A DNA stretch of 64,000 nt from Gammaproteobacteria bacterium. GTDB lineage: Bacteria; Pseudomonadota; Gammaproteobacteria; Eutrophobiales; Eutrophobiaceae. The notes below the pieces were generated by a model. It was not told where the DNA came from, made no database searches, and saw only the letters and a program-made list of their open reading frames with translations. A program made the position numbers and the translations under genes. Within the stretch, counting starts at the first letter, position 1. The number at the start of each line of letters is the position of its first letter. Positions 55,302-64,000 of this stretch are shown here, piece after piece. The DNA is taken from NCBI GenBank assembly GCA_965221695.1, contig OZ244905.1, positions 192,001 through 256,000 on the forward strand. The letters are read 5' to 3'.

Positions 55302-56072
55302 TTACCCACCGCCTGAGACATAGAGGACCTGCCCGGTGATATAGGAAGCATCATCGCCGGCAAGGAATGCGACCGCGTCGGCCACTTCCGCGGCAGTTCC
55401 CATCCGTTGCATACATGTATCTTTCAGGGTTTGATCCAGCATATCCTTGCGCCACCGTCTTTCCGCGTCAGTCGACCCGTCTGGATTACGCGGGATGACC
55501 CGGTTGGCTTCGATGGCGCCCGGCGCCACGCAGTTCACCCGGATATTGTATTCGGCCAGCTCCATCGCCAGGCACCTGGTCAGAGCATGTACGCCGCCCT
55601 TGGCTGCGGAGTAGGGGATGCGGTAAATTCCCCGGGTCGCCACCGAACCGATGTTCACAATCGTGCCCTGGCGGTGTTCTATCATATGCGGAATGACCGC
55701 ATGGCAGCCGCGCAGGGTCGGCCACAATGTTCTGCTGATTTCCTGCTGTATTTCCTCATCATTGAATTCATGGAACGGCTTGGTGCGGATCGCACCGCCG
55801 ACATTGTTGACCATGATATCGATGCGGCCGGTCATGGACAGGGTTTTCTCGACCATATATTCTATGCCTTCCCTGGTTTCCATATCGGCTTCGACGACCT
55901 CGGCGTTACCGCCGGCACTGATAATCTCTTTACAAACCCGGTTGCAAGCATCATTGACCCGGTCCACCAGCGCCAGCCTGGCGCCGTCACGGGCCAGGCG
56001 CAATGCCGTGGCGCGGCCTATGCCCTGGGCTGCGCCGGTAATAACGGCTGTTCTGCCGGATAAACCAGTCAC
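55302..56072 (-). CDS. SDR cis-dihydrodiol dehydrogenase (BenD/XylL-like)
   Basis: TGAAQGIG, NNVGG...KPF, SVATRGIYRIPYSAAKGG. Confidence 0.85.
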   Translation of the reverse strand: MTGLSGRTAVITGAAQGIGRATALRLARDGARLALVDRVNDACNRVCKEIISAGGNAEVVEADMETREGIEYMVEKTLSMTGRIDIMVNNVGGAIRTKPFHEFNDEEIQQEISRTLWPTLRGCHAVIPHMIEHRQGTIVNIGSVATRGIYRIPYSAAKGGVHALTRCLAMELAEYNIRVNCVAPGAIEANRVIPRNPDGSTDAERRWRKDMLDQTLKDTCMQRMGTAAEVADAVAFLAGDDASYITGQVLYVSGGG

Positions 56073-56560
56073 AACGGGTAGGCCATGAAACGTTCAACCA
56101 AGGCTGAATCCATGACCACTTTTTTGGCAAGAAACAACGCGTGATTGCCGTCGACGACGATGCGATCGAAATACATGCCGGTCGCAAACAGTTCCGTCCT
56201 GCCGGTTTCAACCGGCGTACAGGCCACCATGAAATTGGTCTCGGCAACATACAGGTTATCCTGCGCAGGCCGGCAGGCAGTGCGCTGGATAAAATGGCGC
56301 GTGCGGTAATCCGCGAAAGTGCCGGCCCAGATTTGGGTGACATAAGTGACCCGGTCCTGTAACCGGGCGTAATTGTCATCCAGGATCAAGGCCAGCGACA
56401 GCCCCGCCTCTTCGCTTTCCGCGGTGGTGCAGGTATAGGATGCATCAGAGTCGTTACAGAAGGTCGCCAACCAGGCATCCATGTTCCTGCCGTCGAGCGC
56501 CGCGATATAGCGGGTCTGGAGGGCATCAATGGCTGCCGGCGCGCGGGTCTCCGCGATCAT
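56069..56560 (-). CDS. Aromatic ring-hydroxylating oxygenase beta subunit
   Basis: YIAALD...AWL..F, LQDRV, TRHF, G.YFD, YPL C-terminus. Confidence 0.87.
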   Translation of the reverse strand: MIAETRAPAAIDALQTRYIAALDGRNMDAWLATFCNDSDASYTCTTAESEEAGLSLALILDDNYARLQDRVTYVTQIWAGTFADYRTRHFIQRTACRPAQDNLYVAETNFMVACTPVETGRTELFATGMYFDRIVVDGNHALFLAKKVVMDSALVERFMAYPL

Positions 56561-57759
56561 GCTGCCGGCGCCTTTTCAAACCCCATAACTTGCCGGTAGT
56601 ATTCCCAGCCGGGCAGGTTCGAGGATTCATCGTTCTGGCCGAACTCAGCGGGAATTTCGTACTCATTGCTCACACCTTTCTGGAAAACAGCGTCGCCGGG
56701 CGTCTGGCTGCCGCTGTGCAGGCGATGGAAGACCGCGGCGTCTTCCATGCTGACCAGGCCGCAAGGCCCAAGCAGGTTGGATGCCTGGCGCACCCGGTGT
56801 TTGACGAGATCTTCGTCATCGTCCACATGGGCGAAATAAGTGTAATGAACTTCCGTCTCATCGACCGAGAGCGGGTTGGCAAAGCGGATGCTGATGGTGT
56901 CCAGGTGCCGGGTAATGCCGGAAATGGGGAAAAAACGCACACTGACAGAGCCGCGGGACAGGTCACCGCCGCTTTTGTGCTCGATTAAAGATGGATCATG
57001 TAACCGGTCAACCGATTCCGGCAGACTCAGTTCACCTACGTAGATGCGGTGCCCGCGCGCATTGGCCTCCTGGTATCCCTTGCCGCCCTGCCAGTTCAGC
57101 AAGCGGAATGCCGTATGCAACAAGCCCGCATGGTAGGTATCGTTGTCGGCATAGGTCTTCCAGTTTGCCTTCAGCAGGACTTTCTGGAAACCCAGTAATC
57201 TCAGCCGCCCGTCCCCGGCCAGCGCCTCGGCAATGGAATCATGCAGGCCGTCCAGGTAGACCTCGACCGGAGGCGTTTCCGCACTGAACGTGACCATAAC
57301 CAGGCCATGCGCCAGCGCCATCCTGGGGCTGGCCAGGGGGTAGTTGTTCCGGTCAAAATCATCGGGATAATCACCCGGCTTGTTGGGACAACCGACCAGC
57401 TTGCCGGTGGAGTCGAATGACCAGCGATGATACGGACAACCAAACCTGAACTTGTTGCCCCTGGGCGCGGTTTCCACTTGCGCTCCCCGGTGGGAGCAGG
57501 AGTTATAGAGCACATTTATCCTGTTTTCCCGGTCCCGGGTGATAAGCAGCGGCACCCGGCCGATCCGGACAGTCTTGAAGTCCCCCTGGTTCGGTATCTC
57601 TGACTCATGGGCGATCATCAGCCATTCCGGGCCGTAGAATATACGCCTCAGTTCTTCTTCAAAGATATCGGGGCGGACAAAGATTTGCTTGGGCACATGG
57701 TTGGCCTTGGCGGGCCAGATTATCGGCTGTTGTCCACTTTGCGAATTTGTCATAGTCAT
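56557..57759 (-). CDS. Aromatic ring-hydroxylating Rieske oxygenase alpha subunit (salicylate/anthranilate-type group)
   Basis: NSCSHRG..CPYHRW Rieske motif, NWK...DTYHAGLLH, LGPCGLVSMEDAA. Confidence 0.88.
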   Translation of the reverse strand: MTMTNSQSGQQPIIWPAKANHVPKQIFVRPDIFEEELRRIFYGPEWLMIAHESEIPNQGDFKTVRIGRVPLLITRDRENRINVLYNSCSHRGAQVETAPRGNKFRFGCPYHRWSFDSTGKLVGCPNKPGDYPDDFDRNNYPLASPRMALAHGLVMVTFSAETPPVEVYLDGLHDSIAEALAGDGRLRLLGFQKVLLKANWKTYADNDTYHAGLLHTAFRLLNWQGGKGYQEANARGHRIYVGELSLPESVDRLHDPSLIEHKSGGDLSRGSVSVRFFPISGITRHLDTISIRFANPLSVDETEVHYTYFAHVDDDEDLVKHRVRQASNLLGPCGLVSMEDAAVFHRLHSGSQTPGDAVFQKGVSNEYEIPAEFGQNDESSNLPGWEYYRQVMGFEKAPAA

Positions 57760-57944
57760 CGCAGGCGCCCCCTGCAGTTGATGCAACTGCGTGCAGTATA
57801 TCAGTGATCGAACTTTTCGACTTTGCACAGAGTTGGAAATGACGATCCTGACATAAAAGTTTACAATGAAACCGCAGTAACCGGTCACACACATAGACTG
57901 AAGACCACTCAATTTTGGCCGTACCGGCAATACCGAATTCGGAT

Positions 57945-59387
57945 ATGAAACGCGAAACACTGGACAAGTCCATCAGTTTCAGGAGCTATATCGCCATCGG
58001 CCTGGGCACGATTATCGGGATCGGGTGGGTGATCTATGCCGGTTACTGGCTGCGCGATGGCGGTCCGGTGGGCGCGATGCTGGCTTTCATCCTGTGCGGC
58101 CTGTTCCTGTTACCGGTGGGGAAGTGTTATGCCGAACTGACTGCTGCCATCCCGGTAGCCGGCGGCGAGGCTGCGTTCGCTTACAAGGCATTCGGACCGT
58201 TTGTCTCGTTCCTGACCGCTTGCGCGTTGGCCTTGAGTTACATCGCCATTACGCCGTTTGAGACCATCGCCATCGGCGCGCTGGTGGAGGCGATGTTCCC
58301 GGCGCTCATCTCGGAACCCCTGTACCAGATGGGAGGCTATACCATACGGGTATCGAACCTGTTACCTGGAATTATCCTGGGCGCGCTGCTCATCCTGCTC
58401 AACTGCCGGGGCGCCCGCAGTTCCACCGGTTTCCAAACACTGGTGCTTGCTATCCTGGCATTGTGTGCGCTGGTGTTCATTTCCGTGGCCCTGTTGAAGG
58501 GAGACCTTGTAAACCTGACCCCGATGTTTGCAAGTGGCGGCGCGTCCTGGGTCGCAGCGCCGGCTTCCATTATTCCCGTACTGGTTGTCGCGCCGTATTT
58601 TATGGCCGGTTTCGATACTATCCCCCAAGCCGCGGAGGAGGCCGGTGTCAGCATGGCGCCACACCGGATCGGCGTTGCGATACTCGCGTGCATCGTGCTC
58701 GGCGCACTATTCTATGCCTTGATCATCCTGGCGCTGGGAATGAGTTCGACGCCCGGCCAGTTGGCGGCTATCATGCAGGACCGGGATGCAATGCCCACCG
58801 CCGAAATATTCCGGCTCGCATTCGGCTACGAGTGGGCCGCGCAACTGGTGCTGTTTGCAGCCTTGCTTGGTCTGCTCACGACGTTGAACGGGATCTACAT
58901 CGCATCCTCCAGGCTGTTGTTTTTTCTCGGGCGCGGCGGCATGTTGCCGCACTGGTTCGCCAAAGTCGATGCGCGCCACAGGATGCCTGTCAATGCGCTC
59001 TTGTTTGTCGGAGCAATTTCTCTGCTGGGACCCCCGGTCGGCAGAGCTGCGCTGGTCCCGATAGTGACCAGTGGCTCCCTGGCCTTCGTAGCAGCGTTGC
59101 TACTGACCTGCTTGGCTGCCGTGCGCCTGCGCACAACTGCTCCGGACATGAATCGCCCTTACCGGACCGGCAAATCAACGATGTATTGTGGGATTGTTGT
59201 TTCGGGCATACTCGTGTTATTGATGGTGGTTCCCGGCAGTCCCGGCCAGTTGCGACCGCAGGAGTTTGCCATCATAGGTATCTGGATGTGCCTGGGCGTT
59301 GCCGGGTACTGCCTGCGCCGCTCCCTCAGAGATATGGAACCGTCACAGCAGCGTTACCTGATCCTGGGTGAGGAACCTCACAGATGA
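57945..59387 (+). CDS. APC-family amino acid/amine permease
   Basis: GTIIGIGW, CYAEL..AIP.AGGE, GFD, SRLLF.LGR.GMLP, RPYR; multiple TM helices. Confidence 0.88.
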   Translation: MKRETLDKSISFRSYIAIGLGTIIGIGWVIYAGYWLRDGGPVGAMLAFILCGLFLLPVGKCYAELTAAIPVAGGEAAFAYKAFGPFVSFLTACALALSYIAITPFETIAIGALVEAMFPALISEPLYQMGGYTIRVSNLLPGIILGALLILLNCRGARSSTGFQTLVLAILALCALVFISVALLKGDLVNLTPMFASGGASWVAAPASIIPVLVVAPYFMAGFDTIPQAAEEAGVSMAPHRIGVAILACIVLGALFYALIILALGMSSTPGQLAAIMQDRDAMPTAEIFRLAFGYEWAAQLVLFAALLGLLTTLNGIYIASSRLLFFLGRGGMLPHWFAKVDARHRMPVNALLFVGAISLLGPPVGRAALVPIVTSGSLAFVAALLLTCLAAVRLRTTAPDMNRPYRTGKSTMYCGIVVSGILVLLMVVPGSPGQLRPQEFAIIGIWMCLGVAGYCLRRSLRDMEPSQQRYLILGEEPHR

Positions 59388-59458
59388 TGTGAGTAACAGA
59401 TTTGACACTGCCACCTAACCCGATATATCTTGCCGGGTAAATTTTGCTAACTGACCTG

Positions 59459-59618
59459 CGCCTCATACCATTCCTGTGCAAACGGGAATCCAGTGGAACA
59501 AAGGGTCGCCCTCTGGGCGACACTGAATTTGACTGGACTCCCGCTGTTGCGGGAGTGGTACGGAGGGATGCCTTGGCATGTACCAACAGTTACATGGGTG
59601 TGCAAAGACCTGATCATG
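59459..59618 (-). repeat. ~160-bp REP-containing repeat, left arm of an inverted pair around nahE
   Basis: Reverse complement aligns colinearly with 60676-60833. Confidence 0.85.
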
Positions 59619-59670
59619 AAAGTTTGGCTTCTTATAGCGGCCATGCATCTAAACCCCCAAAGGATATAAA

Positions 59671-60669
59671 ATGCGAACAAGTCGCAACAGGCTGGATGTA
59701 GACGACATAACAGGCGCTTGGGCTATCATGCCCGCACCTGCGATCACAACAGGTGATGACTGGCGAACTGAGGACTCGGTCGATTACGACGAGGTTTCCA
59801 GGGCCGTGGCCGGTCTGATCGAGGCCGGCGTTGATGGCATCATGTGCCAGGGCACGTTTGGGGAAGGAGCCACGCTTACCTGGGAAGAAAAAAGCAAGAT
59901 GACTGAGGTCATGGTGGAAACGGCTGCGGGACGAGCGCACATCTTCGCGGGTGTTACCACGCTCAATACTCGCGAGACTGTCAGGCAACTCAAGCATGTG
60001 CACGATACAGGCGCCGACGGTGTGATGTTGGGTGTGCCCATGTGGCAGGAACTTGATGTGCCCGGGGCAGTGCAGTTCTACCGGGATGTTGCCGAAGCAG
60101 CGCCGGAACTGGCGATTTGTATCTACGCCAATCCTGAGGCATTCAAGTTCTCGTTCCCGACGCCATTTTGGGCGCAGGTGGCAGAGATTCCGCAGGTTGT
60201 GAGCTGTAAGTACATCCATATTGCCCAATTACAGCTCCACACGATCGCGACGCGCAAACAACTGCGTTTTCTGCCGATAGAGTTCGACCATAGAGATGCT
60301 GCGAGGATGGACCCTGAGTTCCACACGGCCTTCTGGTCTCCCTGTGCATGCACCGGGCCTGAGTTGACCATCTATTGGCGCGATATTGTCCGGGAGGCAG
60401 CCCGTACCGGCGATTGGTCGCAGCCGGATGCCCTTTATCCACGTATCATGTCGGTGTTGTCGAACCTGTTCCCGCCCGGCGGCTTTCCTGAATTTTCGCG
60501 CTATAACATTCAACTGGAGAAAGAACGCATCAATGCGGCAGGCTGGATGAACGCCGGCCCCTGCCGTCCGCCATATACCACGGCGCCGGAGAGTTACCTG
60601 GCTGGCGCTCGCCTGGCCGGGACCGGCTGGGCGGAACTTAACCAAGCGCTCTTGGATGGAACTCTCTAA
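59671..60669 (+). CDS. nahE: trans-o-hydroxybenzylidenepyruvate hydratase-aldolase
   Basis: GAWAIMP, GTFGEGATLTWEEK, PMW, IYANPEAFKF, Schiff-base KY, YNIQLEK.R..AAGW..AGPCRPPY. Confidence 0.9.
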   Translation: MRTSRNRLDVDDITGAWAIMPAPAITTGDDWRTEDSVDYDEVSRAVAGLIEAGVDGIMCQGTFGEGATLTWEEKSKMTEVMVETAAGRAHIFAGVTTLNTRETVRQLKHVHDTGADGVMLGVPMWQELDVPGAVQFYRDVAEAAPELAICIYANPEAFKFSFPTPFWAQVAEIPQVVSCKYIHIAQLQLHTIATRKQLRFLPIEFDHRDAARMDPEFHTAFWSPCACTGPELTIYWRDIVREAARTGDWSQPDALYPRIMSVLSNLFPPGGFPEFSRYNIQLEKERINAAGWMNAGPCRPPYTTAPESYLAGARLAGTGWAELNQALLDGTL

Positions 60670-60675
60670 CCCCAC

Positions 60676-60833
60676 ATGATCAGGCCTCTGCACACGCATC
60701 TAACTGTTGGCACAGGCCTGGGCATTCCGCCGTATCACTCCCGCAACAGCGGGGGTCCAGTCAAATACTGTGTCGCCCGGGGGCGACCCGTTTTATCACT
60801 GGATTCCCGTTTGCACGGGAATGGTATAGGGCG
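60676..60833 (+). repeat. ~160-bp REP-containing repeat, right arm
   Basis: Inverted copy of 59459-59618. Confidence 0.85.
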
Positions 60834-60871
60834 CCCGCAATGCTGGGGCGGGCTTAACTCTTTCCGTTACG

Positions 60872-61489
60872 TTGAGTAATACATCGTCATCCGGGTTGGA
60901 ATTTTATTTTGATTTCCTGAGCCCGTTCGCTTATCTCGCACATGATCGTGTGTGTGAGTTGGCCAGCAGGTATCGTAGAGAGCTGACTTACATACCGATC
61001 GACCTGGCGGCTGCGAAAATTGCCACCGGCAACACCGGACCGACCAATCGCGAGATACCGGTCAAGTTGCGCTACCTGATGGTCGATATTGATCGATGGG
61101 CGAAGAAATTGAATTTGCCGGTCAGTTTCCCGGCATCACTGGATTCTCACAAGATGAACGCCGGTACCTTCTATGCGCTGGACAGGGGTCTCGGGGAAAA
61201 ATATGTCAGGGAAGGCTTTAACCTGGGTTGGGGATTGGGCGGTGATATAGGATCTGATGAGACATTGACCCGATTGGCTGAAATAATGGGTTGGCCACCT
61301 GCGGAATTTCTCGAATATGCCAGCATTTCGAAGCTGTTGCCCGAATATACGGCATCGAACAGGCAAGCGCAGGAAAAAGGTGTATTCGGGGTTCCTACCA
61401 TTATTGTTGACGATCAGATGTGGTGGGGTAATGATCGTTTGGATTTTGTCGAGGAATACCTGGTCGAATCCGGAGGTGTAAATGAATAA
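60872..61489 (+). CDS. nahD: 2-hydroxychromene-2-carboxylate isomerase
   Basis: FYFDFLSPFAYLA, GN.GP.NR, GVFGVPT, MWWGNDRLDF. Confidence 0.9.
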   Translation: MSNTSSSGLEFYFDFLSPFAYLAHDRVCELASRYRRELTYIPIDLAAAKIATGNTGPTNREIPVKLRYLMVDIDRWAKKLNLPVSFPASLDSHKMNAGTFYALDRGLGEKYVREGFNLGWGLGGDIGSDETLTRLAEIMGWPPAEFLEYASISKLLPEYTASNRQAQEKGVFGVPTIIVDDQMWWGNDRLDFVEEYLVESGGVNE

Positions 61490-61871
61490 ATCTGGTGTGC
61501 CGATGCTGGCCGATTACATGCCCGCGCATGCCGGCGCGCTGACCCATAACGACAAGCAGCATTACACCCAGCAGGAGTTGTCGCGGCTTATTGTACAACT
61601 TGACAAACTGGGGGCGACGGTAAAAGTCCACACCGCGGGAGACCGTTCCGTCCGGGTTACGCTGAACGCGATCGAGGCTGCCCGGCAAGCCAACGGCGAC
61701 AGCGGCTTGCGCCATGAACTGGCGCACTCGGGTTACATCGATGAGGCCGATATCATAGTGCTGGAACACAACCTGTTTGAAATCCCTGTGAGTCGGATCA
61801 GCGATACGCAGGTATCGCTGACCCTGTTCGGCGGCAGGATCGTTCACGGAATGCCCGTTCCTGTCCGATAG
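61482..61871 (+). pseudogene. Collapsed amidohydrolase 3 fragment
   Basis: KVHTAGD..RHELAH joined in frame to the terminal ADIIVLEHNLFEIP segment; N-terminus missing. Confidence 0.75.
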
Positions 61872-61879
61872 TGATTTAA

Positions 61880-62030
61880 GGAAACTCTGATTAAGTCAGA
61901 GTTTCCTGCGATACAGGGATGTATCGCCAAAATCAGTGACGATACGTCATTGATTTTGAGAGCAAAACAAAAATTGCATTTTTGTTTTGCGTGCTCTGAC
62001 AAGTCCAGGATGGACTTGTTCAGAGCTTCC
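61880..62030. mobile_element. 151-bp MITE with GGAA(A/G)CTCTGA terminal inverted repeats and TTAA target duplication
   Basis: TTAA|GGAAACTCTGA...TCAGAGCTTCC|TTAA, several internal hairpins, no ORF. Confidence 0.85.
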
Positions 62031-62066
62031 TTAAATTATGACTGTTTTATCATTGAGACAATTCGC

Positions 62067-64000
62067 ATGACCCAAACCACAGAAACGATAAAAAGCAACT
62101 GCCCCCGGGACTGTTATGACGGCTGCGGCATCAGTATTGAAAAGATAAACGGCCGCATCAGCCGGGTATTGGGCGATGCGACGCACCCGGTATCCCAAGG
62201 CCGGCTTTGCAACAAGTGCGCGATTGCCTATAACGGTGTCTGGCAGGATGAAACTGCGCGTTTGCTGTACCCGTTAAAGCGCACGGGAGAGAAAGGCAAA
62301 GGCCAGTTTGAACGCATCAGTTGGGACGAGGCAATCGGCACGATCACCGGCCGTCTTAAACACGATGTGGCCAATCACGGTGCGCAATCGATCGTACATA
62401 CCCATTATTCCGGCACGTTGTCGCTGATTGCATTGCTGTTCCCGATGCGTTTTTTCCTGAAACTGGGTGCCGCGGAAGTCACCCCGGATACTATCTGTAA
62501 TGCTGCGGGCCATGCCGCGCTGACGTTGCTGTACGGCGAATCCCATATCGGTTTCGACCCGCGTACGATCCGTGATTCAAACTGCGTCCTAGTCTGGGGC
62601 GCGAACCCGTCCCACTCCGGACCGCACAGCCACAAACACTGGTTTGCTGAAGCTGACGTTAAAAAAATCGTAGTCGATCCTTTAAGCACAAAATCCGCGC
62701 AGGCGGCGGACATCCATTTGCAGCTATATCCCGGTTCGGACGCGGCTCTGGCTTACAGTCTGTTGCATGTCATGCACCGTGAATACCGGTTCGATGACGA
62801 CTTCATTCGCCGGCATACAGTGGGCAGTGATGAACTATTGCCTTTGATCAGCCGTTGCTCCCCGGAATGGGGCGAGCGCGAGACCGGCGTACCGGCGGCA
62901 TTGATCGAAGAGGCCGCAAGATGCTACGGCGCAGGTCCTTCCCTGTTATGGCTGGGCCAGGGTTTCCAACGCCAGTTAAACGGTGGTAATGCGATGCGAG
63001 CCGTAGGTTTGTTGCCGGCCATGACGGGAAATATCGGAAAACCCGGTTCCGGATTTACCTACGTGAACCATACGCCCGCGCTTGCCGGTCTGGATTTTGA
63101 TGCAATGGCCGGCGCGCAGCTTGCTGTTGCCGAACCCGAATCGGTCAGCCATATGGACTTTGCGGAACAGCTCACCCGTTCGGATCGTTTCAAATCGATG
63201 ATGATCTGGAACACCAATCCGGTGGCCTCGGCGCCCAACCAGGACAGGTTGCGCGCGGCGATGCAGAGAGAAGACCTGTTTACGGTCGTTATCGACTGTT
63301 TTCAGACGGATTCTGCGGATTACGCGGACATCGTTCTGCCTGCAGCGAGCTTCCTGGAGTTTGACGACCTGACTTTCAGCTATTTTCATTTCAATATCGG
63401 CGTTCAATCGAAGGCAACGGAACCGCTGGGCGAGGCGCTGCCGAACCAGGAAATCTTCCGGCGGTTGGCAAAAGGCATGGGTTACACGGAACGCGAACTG
63501 TTTGAAACGGATGAAGACCTGATCGCATTGATGTTGGACCAGATGGGAGTGCAGGGCGGTTTTAAGCAATTCCAGCAACGAGGCTGGCAATCGATCAGCG
63601 CCGAGCCAATGATTCCCTGGTCAGAACTGAAATTTCCGACACCAAGCGGGAAGGTAGAACTGGCCTGTGCCACCGCAGAGTCACAAGGATTACCGCGGAT
63701 TCCGCAAGCAACAGTCGATGCCAGGGACAACGGCGAACTGTTGCGCCTGGTTACCCCGGCCTCGGATTACCGTATGAACGATTCCTACGCCAATGACCCT
63801 AAACTCGCGCGCAACGCCGGTGAGCCGGAAGTCCATATCCACCCGCAGGATGCAGAACGTTACGGGATCGTGAACGGCGCGCCGGTTACGCTGAGCAATG
63901 AGAACGGCAGCCTGACACTGACCGCGACTATAGATGACATCGCAATGCCTGGCGTCGTCGTCTCCTACAAGGGCCGCTGGCCAAAACAGGAGCAGCAAGG
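62067..64000 (+). CDS. Molybdopterin (bis-MGD) oxidoreductase, runs off the window end
   Basis: MTQTTETIKSNCPRDCYDGC..LCNKC, RLLYPLKR.G.KG.G.FERISWDEA, WGANP, ADIVLPAA; absent from the ORF track because there is no stop. Confidence 0.9.
   Translation, partial: MTQTTETIKSNCPRDCYDGCGISIEKINGRISRVLGDATHPVSQGRLCNKCAIAYNGVWQDETARLLYPLKRTGEKGKGQFERISWDEAIGTITGRLKHDVANHGAQSIVHTHYSGTLSLIALLFPMRFFLKLGAAEVTPDTICNAAGHAALTLLYGESHIGFDPRTIRDSNCVLVWGANPSHSGPHSHKHWFAEADVKKIVVDPLSTKSAQAADIHLQLYPGSDAALAYSLLHVMHREYRFDDDFIRRHTVGSDELLPLISRCSPEWGERETGVPAALIEEAARCYGAGPSLLWLGQGFQRQLNGGNAMRAVGLLPAMTGNIGKPGSGFTYVNHTPALAGLDFDAMAGAQLAVAEPESVSHMDFAEQLTRSDRFKSMMIWNTNPVASAPNQDRLRAAMQREDLFTVVIDCFQTDSADYADIVLPAASFLEFDDLTFSYFHFNIGVQSKATEPLGEALPNQEIFRRLAKGMGYTERELFETDEDLIALMLDQMGVQGGFKQFQQRGWQSISAEPMIPWSELKFPTPSGKVELACATAESQGLPRIPQATVDARDNGELLRLVTPASDYRMNDSYANDPKLARNAGEPEVHIHPQDAERYGIVNGAPVTLSNENGSLTLTATIDDIAMPGVVVSYKGRWPKQEQQ

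Noticed and set aside
59447-60879. Paralogous small ORFs (MIRSLHTH.. / MIRPLHTH..) as a peptide family
   Set aside because: They are translations of the inverted DNA repeat and diverge by frameshift

Overview
A 64-kb chromosomal segment of a gammaproteobacterium, assigned from the 16S/23S sequence and the argC-bactofilin-erpA-anmK-tyrS-rrn gene order. The left part holds a multicomponent phenol hydroxylase operon (dmpK'LMNOP), a ferredoxin and catechol 2,3-dioxygenase, arfB, two YefM/YoeB toxin-antitoxin pairs and housekeeping genes. The centre is a complete rRNA operon with two unusual features. First, the 23S gene carries two closely related group I introns, at E. coli-equivalent sites L1917 (with a LAGLIDADG endonuclease) and L1931 (no ORF), separated by a 14-nt exon. 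Second, the leader and ITS carry five ~120-nt ERIC-like hairpin repeats, and their end motif sits just before mature 5' ends. The right part is an accessory catabolic region: an amidase, an FAD monooxygenase-cytochrome b5 fusion, a Tat-signal deacetylase, a TonB receptor/sulfatase locus, an RTX protein in a decayed tandem duplication with a RES-Xre module, CarAa-like and other Rieske oxygenases, nahE flanked by inverted repeats, nahD and a truncated molybdopterin oxidoreductase. A TTAA-targeting MITE family and several internally collapsed pseudogenes are scattered through the window. All calls come from reading motifs by eye; no database searches were run.
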